Shown: positions 1 through 8,286, counted from the first letter of the stretch. The stretch: DNA of 36,133 nucleotides from an uncultured Verrucomicrobiota bacterium (GCA_946615875.1 CAMOIK010000002.1:1-36133), one strand, 5' to 3'. Numbers and translations are program-made. Notes: generated from the sequence alone by a model not told the origin.

Positions 1-271
1 CGGGTGCTTCAGCCGGTTCCTCGGCGGCAGGTTCCTCCGTAACGGCGGGTGCTTCCGCCGGTTCCGTGACTTCCGCATCTGCAACCGCAGGAGCAGGTTC
101 GCCTCCATCGGCTACCGCCGGCGTCTCTGGCTCGACGACGTTGGCCGTCGCTTCCGCCTCCAGATCACGCAAAAGATCATCCAGGTCGCTTTGGGCAAAG
201 ACGCCCCTGGCGCATGCGGCCAAGACTACCGCCGCGCCGAGCGCGACCATGTTCTTCCTAATGTGCATCAT
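1..271 (-). CDS. Partial CDS (N-terminal ~90 aa; continues past the window start). Secreted protein in the position of the Amuc_1098-type pilus secretin.
   Basis: The minus-strand frame from ATG-ATG (271/268) stays open to the window edge. AAGGAG (revcomp of 282-287) lies 10 nt upstream. The translation MMHIRKNMVALGAAVVLAACARGVFAQSDLDDLLRDLEAEATANVVEPETPAV... shows a Sec-type signal peptide followed by an Ala/Glu/Pro-rich linker. It is absent from the ORF track because it is truncated. The secretin call is positional only. Confidence 0.45.
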   Translation of the reverse strand, partial: MMHIRKNMVALGAAVVLAACARGVFAQSDLDDLLRDLEAEATANVVEPETPAVADGGEPAPAVADAEVTEPAEAPAVTEEPAAEEPAEAP

Positions 272-304
272 ACGAACACTGCTCCTTAGAGTTTACGATG
301 AGAT

Positions 305-333
305 ATTATAGCGTATTTGCTTGCTCGTTTCAA
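305..333 (-). promoter_or_regulatory. Sigma70-like promoter TTGAAA-17 nt-TATAAT upstream of the secretin-like gene.
   Basis: The -35 TTGAAA is the revcomp of 328-333 and overlaps the TGA stop (330-332) of the upstream gene. The spacer is exactly 17 nt (311-327). The -10 TATAAT is the revcomp of 305-310. The RBS and ATG follow about 20-35 nt downstream. Confidence 0.45.
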
Positions 334-1451
334 GGGGCGTCAATACTTCTCGTCTTCCCCGTGGCAACATCCTTGAGCACCACGCGGGCGCTGTCGGCAG
401 AGAGCGATTTTATCTCCAAAACCTTGTATTTAGTGCCTTTCAGGTCGATTTCATCGCCAGCGACGACGTCGAATTCCTGCGTTTCGCCGCGGGTGAAGAC
501 GAGCTTGGCCTGCGTATCAACTGGCGTGTGCTTGACCCCCGCTACGATCCGCACGGCCTTTTTGTCGGCCTTGCGCACTATCGTCGCCACGGAAGCGTCA
601 ACCGAGCGCTCCATTCCCTTTCCGCCCTTGATGGACTTCTGCTTCGACTTCTTCTCGAAGGATTCGAGCACGTAGCCGGTGTCGCCGATGTCCCTGCCGA
701 CCATGACGGAGAAGCTCACGCCCTTCGTGCCATAGCCGGTCTTCTTCGTGTCGTCGCGGAAGTAGAGCAGCCAAGAGCCGTTGTAGGGCACCGACTTGTC
801 GCTCTCCAGATAGAACGACAGTCTGGTCTCCTTGAGCGGCAGCTGGAGCTTGAGCGATTCGAGGTCGTCCGGGTGCGACGCCGGATCCTGCGGATCGGTC
901 TGCGCCTCGAACTCTTCCAGGTTGGTGTAGCCGTCGCCGTCTAGATCTCCGGAGATGTCGTTCGGATCTAGCGGGTTCATGCCGTGCGCCTTCTCCCACT
1001 CGTCCGGGATGCCGTCGCCGTCGGAGTCGAGATCCTGCTTCTTCTCCTCCGGCTGCCTGGTCTTGCAGAACGGGCAGACCTTGAGGTCGGCGGGCATCGG
1101 CTTGCCGCAGCTCTTGTGCTCGGTATCGTCGCCCTGCTCGCAGAACACGCGCTTCTCCGAAGCGAGGAAGCTTCCAAGCGTCTCGGCAGGCTCGTCGATC
1201 CTAGACGGGTTCTCGTTCTCCTTCAGGATGATGTCGTAGGGGACCATGTCCAGCTTCTCCACGCCGGTGTCGCTGCGCTTGGAGATCGCGGCGGCCTGCT
1301 CGCCCGTCTCGCTGGCGAGCATTTCGGCGTCCTGCGATTTCTCTATTACGAGGAACGTGGCGCCCCCGGCGAGCGCGAGCACGCCCGCCGCAGCAGCCAG
1401 CCAGTCCCAGTGGGCGGCGAAAAAGCCCTTGTCTGACGATGCCGAAATCAT
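330..1451 (-). CDS. Membrane-anchored pilus-like system protein (Amuc_1099 position). It has an N-terminal TM helix, a Cys4 zinc ribbon, two thrombospondin type-3-like Ca-binding repeats and a C-terminal beta-rich domain.
   Basis: 373-aa ORF. The TM helix is WDWLAAAAGVLALAGGATFLVI. The zinc ribbon is C-x9-C...C-x2-C (CEQGDDTEHKSCGKPMPADLKVCPFC, about nt 1062-1145). The Ca motifs are DLDSDGDGIPDEWE and DLDGDGYTNLEEFE (about nt 885-1035). Its start overlaps the stop of the upstream gene by 4 bp (ATGA at 1448-1451). The family name rests on synteny only. Confidence 0.75.
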   Translation of the reverse strand: MISASSDKGFFAAHWDWLAAAAGVLALAGGATFLVIEKSQDAEMLASETGEQAAAISKRSDTGVEKLDMVPYDIILKENENPSRIDEPAETLGSFLASEKRVFCEQGDDTEHKSCGKPMPADLKVCPFCKTRQPEEKKQDLDSDGDGIPDEWEKAHGMNPLDPNDISGDLDGDGYTNLEEFEAQTDPQDPASHPDDLESLKLQLPLKETRLSFYLESDKSVPYNGSWLLYFRDDTKKTGYGTKGVSFSVMVGRDIGDTGYVLESFEKKSKQKSIKGGKGMERSVDASVATIVRKADKKAVRIVAGVKHTPVDTQAKLVFTRGETQEFDVVAGDEIDLKGTKYKVLEIKSLSADSARVVLKDVATGKTRSIDAP

Positions 1452-2458
1452 TTCTGCTCCTCCTCTCCTTCATTGCCAGCCTCGGCCGCCTCGCCGGAAG
1501 CCTTGGTGCCGAAGTCGTAAGTCGTGATCTTCATGGTGACGGTGAAGGGCACGTCGGTGACGGGATCTACGACCAGCCCCTTGCGGCGCACCTCGCTCTC
1601 GCCCTCGGCCGACGCTTCCTCTTCGCTGGCGCGTCCGCGCCCACGTCCGCGTCCGCGTCCGCGCGAAGGCCGCGCCTCCTCCTTGTCCTTGCCGCCAAGC
1701 GCGTCGCCCAACGCGTCGGTGGCGCGCTCGAACACCAGCGAATCCACCACGATGAACCTCTCGGTGCGGGCGAACTCGTTGATCGTCTTGACCAGCGCGA
1801 GGGGCCTGGCTAGGAACACTATGGTGTAGGTCTGCGCGTCGGCGAGCGGCTTCTCCTCGACCTGCTGCTGGCGGGTGTTGCGCCCCCTCGGCGGCGGCGG
1901 CGCCGGACGCGGCTGCTCCTCGGCCGCCTTGACGTCGCTCTTCTCCACGCTGACGAGCTGGACCGCGCCGTTGGTTGCGAGGGTATCGACGAAGAGCTTG
2001 ATGTCGTCCCACTGGCGCTGGAGCGTCGGCAGGGTCTCGGGCTTGGGCAGGCTGCCTTCGCTCAGTTCCCTGAAGCCGAAGGCGAAATCCTCGTCCACGA
2101 GCTTTCCGTTCACGCCGCCCGGAAGTGCGCGCTTCTCGATCGCCTCCTCGCGCAGCTGGTTGCAGAACTCGGCCACGGTGAGGCGCGGGAACGCTTTGTC
2201 GCCGCGAGACGCCACGTCGAACGCCTTGTCGAACCATATCGCAAGCGTCTTGTGGTTCTCCTCGATCGCCTTGACCGACGCCGCGCTGGGCGCGATCTTG
2301 GCGTTGCTCAGGCGCTTCACGTTCGCCTTCTGTCCTTCCAGCGTATCCTCGTTCTCGACCTTCTCCTCCCATGCGGCGTACGTCAAGTAGCCCAGGACGA
2401 GCGCGGCCACGGCGGCCACTCCGCCTATCGAACCCATCACGATCTTGTTCTTGTTCAT
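1448..2458 (-). CDS. Amuc_1100-family pilus-like protein (PilO-like position), 336 aa.
   Basis: The ORF-track entry 1448..3766 is over-extended. The supported start is MNKNKIVMG at 2458, which overlaps the pilM-like stop by 4 bp (ATGA). There is an N-terminal TM helix (SIGGVAAVAALVLGYLTYAAW). Segment-by-segment resemblance to my recollection of Akkermansia Amuc_1100: AKIAPSAASVKAIEENHKTL vs AEITPSRSSNEELEKEL; TVAEFCNQLREE vs TPTAFQNELKTF; TYTIVFLARPLALVKTINEFARTERFIVVDSLVFER vs PLEIAFQGDRESVLKAMNAITGMQDYLFTVNSIRIRNE. There is a low-complexity (RG)n/acidic linker before the last beta segment. Confidence 0.7.
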   Translation of the reverse strand: MNKNKIVMGSIGGVAAVAALVLGYLTYAAWEEKVENEDTLEGQKANVKRLSNAKIAPSAASVKAIEENHKTLAIWFDKAFDVASRGDKAFPRLTVAEFCNQLREEAIEKRALPGGVNGKLVDEDFAFGFRELSEGSLPKPETLPTLQRQWDDIKLFVDTLATNGAVQLVSVEKSDVKAAEEQPRPAPPPPRGRNTRQQQVEEKPLADAQTYTIVFLARPLALVKTINEFARTERFIVVDSLVFERATDALGDALGGKDKEEARPSRGRGRGRGRGRASEEEASAEGESEVRRKGLVVDPVTDVPFTVTMKITTYDFGTKASGEAAEAGNEGEEEQK

Positions 2459-4107
2459 TTCGCGGCTTCCTTCCTGGCCTCCTTGAACTGGAGCCTGACG
2501 GCGAACTGCTCCACGCAGTCGCCCTTTCCGACGTTCGGTTCCGCCTCCTGCGCCACGGAGTCCGGATCGACAATGGCGTTGGCTTTCAGGCGCGCGATCA
2601 CCAGGTCCTGCGCCGTCGTCTCCTTCGCGCCTTTCGCCTTGGCCCTGTCGACAAAGGCGTCGCTGCGGTCCTTCCAGCCGCGTATCGTCACCTTTCCGTT
2701 GCCCCAGCGCTCTATCCACAGGTCGTTGCCTATGGCCTGGCGGACCGTGTTGAGGTGGACCACCGTCCGCGCCCTGCGGAACATCAGGTCGCGCAGCGCG
2801 TCGGTCTTCGCGGCCTGCTCGTCCACCTTGGCCTGCGCCGCCTTGATCTCCTTGTCGTACTTGCGCACGGCGCTGTCCACGCCCTGTATCGCTTCCTGCT
2901 GGGCGCTCACCACGTCGATCTCGTGGTGCATTCCGAGCAGCGCGCAAACGCAGGCGGCGACGAGGCACGCCGCGCCGGCCGCGACGACGGGTATCTTCTT
3001 GACCTCCGCGCGCTCCTCGACGAGCGAAGGCGGCAGGAGATTGATCGATATGGGCGCGTTGCCGGCTGCGCGAACCGCCAGTCCCGCCGTGGCGGAAAGC
3101 ATGGCCGCCTCCGTGCCGAGCGCATCCTGGTTGACCGCGCTGCCGAACGCCATCATCGCGAACGGGTTGAAGAACTCGACCGCGATGCCCAGCGAGTCCG
3201 CAAAGAACGAGTCGATCTGCGGGAGCAGCGCCGTGCCGCCGGTGATGTAGAGCTTGGCGGGCATGCTGCCGTGCTGCTGGCTGCGGTAGAAGTTGATGGA
3301 GCGCGAAATCTCCGCGTGGAGGCGCGTGAGGACCGCGCGGCAGACTTTCGAGATTCTGTCGAGCGTGGGGTCTTCGTCCTCCGTGACGCCGCCCATCGAC
3401 ACGTAGGCGTTGTCGCGCTTGATCTGCTCGGCCTCCTCCAGAGTGCAGCCGAGCGCCTGCGCGATGTCCTTGGTGATGGTGTTTCCGGCGACCGGGATCG
3501 AGCGGTTGTATATCTTCTCGCCTTCGGAAATCACCAGCGACGTGGTCTTGGCGCCGATGTCGAGCATCACAGAGCACGAACCGTCGTCGCCGAGGATGCC
3601 GCGCATGGCGTTGGTGAGCGCGACCGGCGCCACGTCCACGATGTCCGGCGTGAAACCCGCGCCGGCGATCGCGTTTGTGATCGCCTCTATCTGCTCGATC
3701 TTCGCGGCGACTATGAGGACGGCCTTGTCGCCGTTCTCCGTGTCGCCGAGAATCTGGCGGTCGCACACCATCTCGTCGAGCGGAAACGGTATGTTCTGCT
3801 CGATTTCGTAGCGCACCATCTGCTCGAACTTGTCGTCGCCGCCCGCCTTCGCTATCGCCGCCGGACGGAGGAACGCCATTTGACCGGAGACGGAGACCGC
3901 CACGCGGCCAGGACGAATCCCCTTCTCGCGCACGATCTGCATCAGCGCTGGCGAAAGTATCGCGTCGGCGTTGCCGGCGTCGAGCGGAGCGGCGAGCGGG
4001 GCCAGCCCGTAGTTCACGAGCGTGAGGGCGCCGCCGGAGCCTGCTTCGTACTCCGCCAGCGCTATCCCGCTCGCGCCTATGTTCAACGTGAGAAACTTCT
4101 TGCTCAT
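2455..4107 (-). CDS. pilM: PilM-like actin-fold protein fused to a TM helix and a PilN-like coiled-coil/ferredoxin-like domain (Amuc_1101-type), 550 aa.
   Basis: The N-terminal ~350 aa show PilM/FtsA-like motifs (LNIGASGIALAEYE, MLDIGAKTTSLVI, IPVAGNTITKDIAQALGCTLEEAEQIK, LYITGGTALLPQIDSF). Then come LLPPSLVEERAEVKK and the TM helix IPVVAAGAACLVAACVCALLGM. After that is a coiled coil plus a ~120-aa C-terminal domain, as in PilN. Confidence 0.85.
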   Translation of the reverse strand: MSKKFLTLNIGASGIALAEYEAGSGGALTLVNYGLAPLAAPLDAGNADAILSPALMQIVREKGIRPGRVAVSVSGQMAFLRPAAIAKAGGDDKFEQMVRYEIEQNIPFPLDEMVCDRQILGDTENGDKAVLIVAAKIEQIEAITNAIAGAGFTPDIVDVAPVALTNAMRGILGDDGSCSVMLDIGAKTTSLVISEGEKIYNRSIPVAGNTITKDIAQALGCTLEEAEQIKRDNAYVSMGGVTEDEDPTLDRISKVCRAVLTRLHAEISRSINFYRSQQHGSMPAKLYITGGTALLPQIDSFFADSLGIAVEFFNPFAMMAFGSAVNQDALGTEAAMLSATAGLAVRAAGNAPISINLLPPSLVEERAEVKKIPVVAAGAACLVAACVCALLGMHHEIDVVSAQQEAIQGVDSAVRKYDKEIKAAQAKVDEQAAKTDALRDLMFRRARTVVHLNTVRQAIGNDLWIERWGNGKVTIRGWKDRSDAFVDRAKAKGAKETTAQDLVIARLKANAIVDPDSVAQEAEPNVGKGDCVEQFAVRLQFKEARKEAAK

Positions 4108-4188
4108 GGGGAAAGTGTTCCTTGTTCTCTTCTGCTTGATATCGGCTGGGGCGGCGTCACGGCTTCTTGCCGACGGCGCCGCGTCCGA

Positions 4189-4935
4189 TCACTGTATGAC
4201 CAGTTCGTAGTCGTTGGGGTTTACGAGGGCCCATATCGTCTTGGAGCGGTCCTGCAGGCCCTGGCGGCGTTCGATCATGGGTTCGCCGTTCTGCTGCTTG
4301 GCGTCCATGATGGTGGGGTCGTTCCAAAAAGCCTTTTCGAGCGTCTTGGGATGCGAGGGGATGCCCTTTATCTCGCTCTCGCAGTCGCCTGCCAGCACGT
4401 TGCCGTTGGAATCCTTCACGACCAAGCCGACGGCCTTGGGCTCGCCATACTGCTCAAGGTATGAGGGATGGAGGCAGACGGAGGCGGCGTGGGTGCCGCG
4501 CGGGATGTTGCTGTAGGTGACGGTCTGCTCGAAGTAGGAGTAGGGGGCGAGCTTGGCCTGGCCTTCCTTGTCCTTGGACGTGGCGCTCTTGGTCTCGAGC
4601 AGCACATGCCACTCGAACGTCAGCTGGTCGATGCACCGCTCCTGCGTCTGGTACCTCGCCTCGAGGACAATCCATGGGCGCGGCTTGCCCGTGTAGGCCC
4701 CGATGGTGGAGCCGCCGGATATGCTGGGCGCGGAGAGCGTGGCCTGGCGGCCGAGTTTCGGATACTGCTCGATGCGCACGAGGACTTCCTTGCTCTCTTC
4801 GCCGTCCTCGGCGGCCGCGGCGGCGGCCCTGGCGTTGCGGCCGCCCGCCGTGCGCGAACCTGTCCGCGACGGGGCGGCGACGAGTGCGGTGGCCGCGATG
4901 GCGGCGAACCCGGCTATCAGAAACTGCTTGTTCAT
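4189..4935 (-). CDS. Secreted protein, first gene of the pilus-like cluster (Amuc_1102 position), 248 aa.
   Basis: Signal peptide MNKQFLIAGFAAIAATALVAAP, then an Ala/Arg/Glu-rich linker and a beta-rich body. It lies directly upstream of the pilM-like gene on the same strand. The family name is by position only. Confidence 0.7.
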   Translation of the reverse strand: MNKQFLIAGFAAIAATALVAAPSRTGSRTAGGRNARAAAAAAEDGEESKEVLVRIEQYPKLGRQATLSAPSISGGSTIGAYTGKPRPWIVLEARYQTQERCIDQLTFEWHVLLETKSATSKDKEGQAKLAPYSYFEQTVTYSNIPRGTHAASVCLHPSYLEQYGEPKAVGLVVKDSNGNVLAGDCESEIKGIPSHPKTLEKAFWNDPTIMDAKQQNGEPMIERRQGLQDRSKTIWALVNPNDYELVIQ

Positions 4936-4998
4936 GGTGCTTTTCCTTTCGGTTGGTTGAGTGAGAGAGGGGTAAGAGGGGTAAAAGGTTTGAGGGAG

Positions 4999-5985
4999 TC
5001 ACAATACCTTCATCTTCGGCAGATCGTTGATGTCCACCAGTCCCACGACGCGCCCGGCGGCGTCGCAGACCGGCAAGTCGTCTATGCGCCGCTTCTCGAA
5101 CACCTTGAGCATTTCGGCGGCGAACACGGTATCGCGCACGAAGAGCGGCGACTTCGTCATGTGCCCGCCCACCGGCGAGGCGAGGAGGGCGGAGGCGTCG
5201 CCAGCCGTCATCATGCGCCGGAAGTCGCCATCGGTGAAGATGCCGAGCAGCCTGCCGTCGGCATCGACGACGACCGCGCTGCCGGCCTTCGCCTTCGTCA
5301 TGGTCAGCAGGGCGTCCATGACGGGCGTCTGCGGCGATATCGTGGCGAGGCGCTCGCCGGTGCGCATTATGTCGGTCGCCTTGAGGACGAGCGCGCGGCC
5401 TATGGCGCCCGCCGGGTGGTTCATGGCGTATTGCGAGACGTCGAACTTGATCGCGTCGAGCATGACCATGGCGAGCGCGTCGCCCATGGCCATGGTGGCG
5501 GTGGTGGAGTTGGTGGGGGCCATGCCGAACGGGCAGGCCTCCTTGCCGCACGGTATCTCCAGATGGATGTCGCTCATCGCGGCGAGCGACGAGGCGGGGC
5601 GGCCCGTGACGCCGATCACCTTGAGGCCGTGGCGGCGGATGGCCGGGATCAGGCGCAGTATCTCCTCGGACTCGCCGGAGAACGAGAGCGCGATCAGCAC
5701 GTCGCGCGGCGCGACCATCCCAAGGTCGCCGTGCATCGCCTGCACGGGGTTGAGGACGATCGAGCGCGTGCCGGTGGAAGCGAATATCGCGCTCATCTTC
5801 TCGGCGACGGCGAGGTTCTTGCCGACGCCGGTGACGACGATGATGCCTTCCGAGCGGATGCAGCCGAGCATCAGCTCCACGGCCTTCGTGAAGCTTTCGC
5901 CCAGCGCGTCGCGCGTGCGGCGAAGTCCTTCGATCTCGATGTCGAAGACTTCGCGCGCCCTTGCCAGCATCTTTTCCTTCGTCAT
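4999..5985 (-). CDS. kdsD: KpsF/GutQ-family arabinose-5-phosphate isomerase (SIS domain plus two CBS domains).
   Basis: 328 aa. SIS motifs VVTGVGKNLAVAEKMSAIFASTG and LSFSGESEE. C-terminal CBS pair (GSAVVVDADGRLLGIFTDGDFRR; IDDLPVCDAAGRVVGLVDINDL). Confidence 0.9.
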   Translation of the reverse strand: MTKEKMLARAREVFDIEIEGLRRTRDALGESFTKAVELMLGCIRSEGIIVVTGVGKNLAVAEKMSAIFASTGTRSIVLNPVQAMHGDLGMVAPRDVLIALSFSGESEEILRLIPAIRRHGLKVIGVTGRPASSLAAMSDIHLEIPCGKEACPFGMAPTNSTTATMAMGDALAMVMLDAIKFDVSQYAMNHPAGAIGRALVLKATDIMRTGERLATISPQTPVMDALLTMTKAKAGSAVVVDADGRLLGIFTDGDFRRMMTAGDASALLASPVGGHMTKSPLFVRDTVFAAEMLKVFEKRRIDDLPVCDAAGRVVGLVDINDLPKMKVL

Positions 5986-6012
5986 TGCCTCGTTGCCAGA
6001 TTGCCCGGTCGT

Positions 6013-7050
6013 TTACTTCGTGGTGGACTGAAGAAGGGTGACGCAGATGGTGCCGACGATGTCCTCGGCGGAGCAGCCGCGCGACAGGTCGTTCATCGCC
6101 TTTGCGAGACCCTGGAGGTTGGGGCCGATCGCGTCCGCCTCGCCGAGGCGCTGCGCGATCTTGTAGCCGATGTTTCCGGCCTGCAGGTCCGGGAAGATGA
6201 ACACGTTGGCGTTGCCCTGGACCTCGCCGCCCGGATTCTTCAGCTGGCCGACGGCGGGGACGATGGCGGCGTCGAACTGCATCTCTCCGTCCATCTTGAT
6301 GCCCTTCTCGGCGAATACGGGGCGCGCCAGCTCCACGGCCTTCTGCACCTTCTCCACCAGGTCGCCGGCGGCGGAGCCTTTCGTCGAGAAGGAGAGGTAG
6401 GCCACGCGGGGTTCGTTGCCGGTGAGTTCGCGGTATGTCTGGGCGGTCGCAAGGCCGATATCCACGAGCTGCTCAGCCGTCGGGTTGGGAATCACGGCGC
6501 AGTCGCCGAACGCCAGCACGGTGTCGCCCGAGGGAGTCGGACGCTTGAGATCCATGATGAAGCAGGACGAGGCCGTCTTCACGCCCTTCTGCGTGCCGAG
6601 AGTGTGGAAGGCGGCGCGCAGCATGTCGCCGGTCGAGGCGATGGAGCCGGCGACGAGGCCGTTGACGCGGCCCAGCTTGACCATCATGCCGCCGAAGTAG
6701 ATGCGCTTCGTGCGCAGCGTCTTCTGCGCGGCGGCCAGGTCGATGATCTTCTGCTTCTCGGCGGGCTTGCGCGCCTCCTTGGCGTTCCAGGCCTCGAGGT
6801 AGGCGGCCTCCAGCTCGGCGTCGCCCTGCGTGTAGTCGATCGTCTTTATGCCGCGCTCGGAGAGGCTCAGTCCGGCCTTCGCCTCGGCGGCGGCTATTTC
6901 CTCCGCCGTGCCCAGCACTACGGGAGTGCAGATCTTGCGGTCGATGCAGGCGCACGCGGCGGCGATTACGCGCGCGTCCATGCCCTCGGGCAGCACGACC
7001 GTGCCGTGCAGTTTCGAGGCTTTGGAGATTATTTCCTGTATAGCATTCAT
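6013..7050 (-). CDS. pta: Phosphate acetyltransferase (short PTA_PTB form).
   Basis: 345 aa. Motifs VVLPEGMDARVI, RIYFGGMMVKLGRVNGLVAGS, SFSTKGSA, VFIFPDLQAGNIGYKIAQRLG and NDLSRGCSAEDIV. It lies directly downstream of ackA. Confidence 0.92.
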   Translation of the reverse strand: MNAIQEIISKASKLHGTVVLPEGMDARVIAAACACIDRKICTPVVLGTAEEIAAAEAKAGLSLSERGIKTIDYTQGDAELEAAYLEAWNAKEARKPAEKQKIIDLAAAQKTLRTKRIYFGGMMVKLGRVNGLVAGSIASTGDMLRAAFHTLGTQKGVKTASSCFIMDLKRPTPSGDTVLAFGDCAVIPNPTAEQLVDIGLATAQTYRELTGNEPRVAYLSFSTKGSAAGDLVEKVQKAVELARPVFAEKGIKMDGEMQFDAAIVPAVGQLKNPGGEVQGNANVFIFPDLQAGNIGYKIAQRLGEADAIGPNLQGLAKAMNDLSRGCSAEDIVGTICVTLLQSTTK

Positions 7051-7081
7051 TGTCTTGTTCTTGCTTTGTGTTGTATCGCAC

Positions 7082-8236
7082 CTAACCCAGAAGACGGACG
7101 GTGTCTTTTGCGATCATGAGCTCCTCGTTGGTGGGGAGGACGATCACGGGGATGGCGGAACCTTTCGCGGAGATCACGGCCGTCACGCCGCGCGTCTTCG
7201 CGTTCGCCTTCCTGTCGAGCTTGACGCCGAGCGCGCCCAGCCGCGAAATGACGCGCTCGCGCGCCTCCGCCGAATTCTCGCCGATGCCGCCGGTCATCAC
7301 GATCGCGTCGGCGCCGCCCACGACAGCGTTGTAGCCGCCGATGTAGAAGGCCACGCGATAGGCCCACATTTCGAGCGCGAGCTCTGCGGCCTTGTCGCCC
7401 TTGGCGGCGTTGGCGCAGATGTCGCGCATGTCTCCGCCATTGACGCCGCTCACGGCCTGCAGGCCCGACTGCTTGTTGAGGAGCCTATCCATCTCGGCGG
7501 GGGTCTTGCCCTCGGCCTCCATTATGGAGAGGATGGCGGCGCCGTCGATGTCGCCGCACCTGGTGCCCATGACGAGACCGGCGAGAGGGGTGAGACCCAT
7601 GGAGGTATCGACGCACTGGCCGTTCTTGACGGCGGCGAGGGAGGAGCCGTTGCCGAGGTGGCAGGTCACGAGGTTCACCTTGGCGAGGGGCTTGCCGAGG
7701 AACTCCGCGGCCGCCTGCGTGACGAACTTGTGGCTGGTGCCGTGGAAGCCATACTTGCGTATGCCCATCTTTCTGTAGTACCTGGGGTCGATGGCGTACA
7801 TTGCCGCGCAGTCAGGCATGGTCTGGTGGAACGCGGTATCGAAGACCGCCACGTTCGGCACCCCCTTGAAGATCTGCTGGCACGCCTCGATGCCGCCCAG
7901 GTTCGCCGGCATGTGCAGCGGCCCGAACTTAACGAGCTTCCTGCACTTCGCCATCACCGCCTTGTCAACCTTCACGGAATCCTTGAAGACCTCCGCGCCG
8001 TGCAGTACGCGATGTCCGATCGCGTCGATGTCCGTCGGGTTGCCGAGGTCGGCGACGACCTGCTTCAGGGCCTCGCTGTGGTTGGCGGGCCCGCCCGCGC
8101 CTATGCGTTCCACCAGCCCTTTCGCCAGGCGCGTCTGCGTCGTCATGTCGAAGAGCTGGTATTTCAGCGAACTCGATCCGGAGTTCACCACCAGCACCTT
8201 GCGGATTTCCTTCTTGCCTTTTGCTGTCTTCTTCAT
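7082..8236 (-). CDS. ackA: Acetate kinase.
   Basis: The ORF-track start (8317) is over-extended by 27 codons. The supported start is MKKTAKGKKEIRKVLVVNSGSSSLKYQLF at 8236. Motifs HRVLHG, FDTAFHQTMP, YGFHGTSH, CHLGNGSS, MGTRCGDID and GGIGENS. 384 aa. Confidence 0.92.
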   Translation of the reverse strand: MKKTAKGKKEIRKVLVVNSGSSSLKYQLFDMTTQTRLAKGLVERIGAGGPANHSEALKQVVADLGNPTDIDAIGHRVLHGAEVFKDSVKVDKAVMAKCRKLVKFGPLHMPANLGGIEACQQIFKGVPNVAVFDTAFHQTMPDCAAMYAIDPRYYRKMGIRKYGFHGTSHKFVTQAAAEFLGKPLAKVNLVTCHLGNGSSLAAVKNGQCVDTSMGLTPLAGLVMGTRCGDIDGAAILSIMEAEGKTPAEMDRLLNKQSGLQAVSGVNGGDMRDICANAAKGDKAAELALEMWAYRVAFYIGGYNAVVGGADAIVMTGGIGENSAEARERVISRLGALGVKLDRKANAKTRGVTAVISAKGSAIPVIVLPTNEELMIAKDTVRLLG

Positions 8237-8286
8237 GTGTGTATTTGTATGCCTTGGTTGTTTTCGCCGCGTTTCACCCGGCTTGC

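Noticed and set aside
2459-3766. N-terminal extensions of ORF-track entries (1448..3766, 7082..8317, 8287..21588, 22056..31886, 21431..22054).
   Set aside because: The extensions are Arg/Pro/Gly-rich or overlap the upstream gene out of frame. Internal ATGs give canonical signal peptides or TM helices, RBS-like purine runs, and ATGA coupling junctions. Starts were therefore trimmed to 2458, 8236, 21399, 31772 and 22012, the last with less certainty.
4108-4188. Hairpin between the 1102-like gene and pilM as an intrinsic terminator.
   Set aside because: The best pairing is a 3+4 bp stem with a 2-nt bulge and no U-tract. It is too weak to call.
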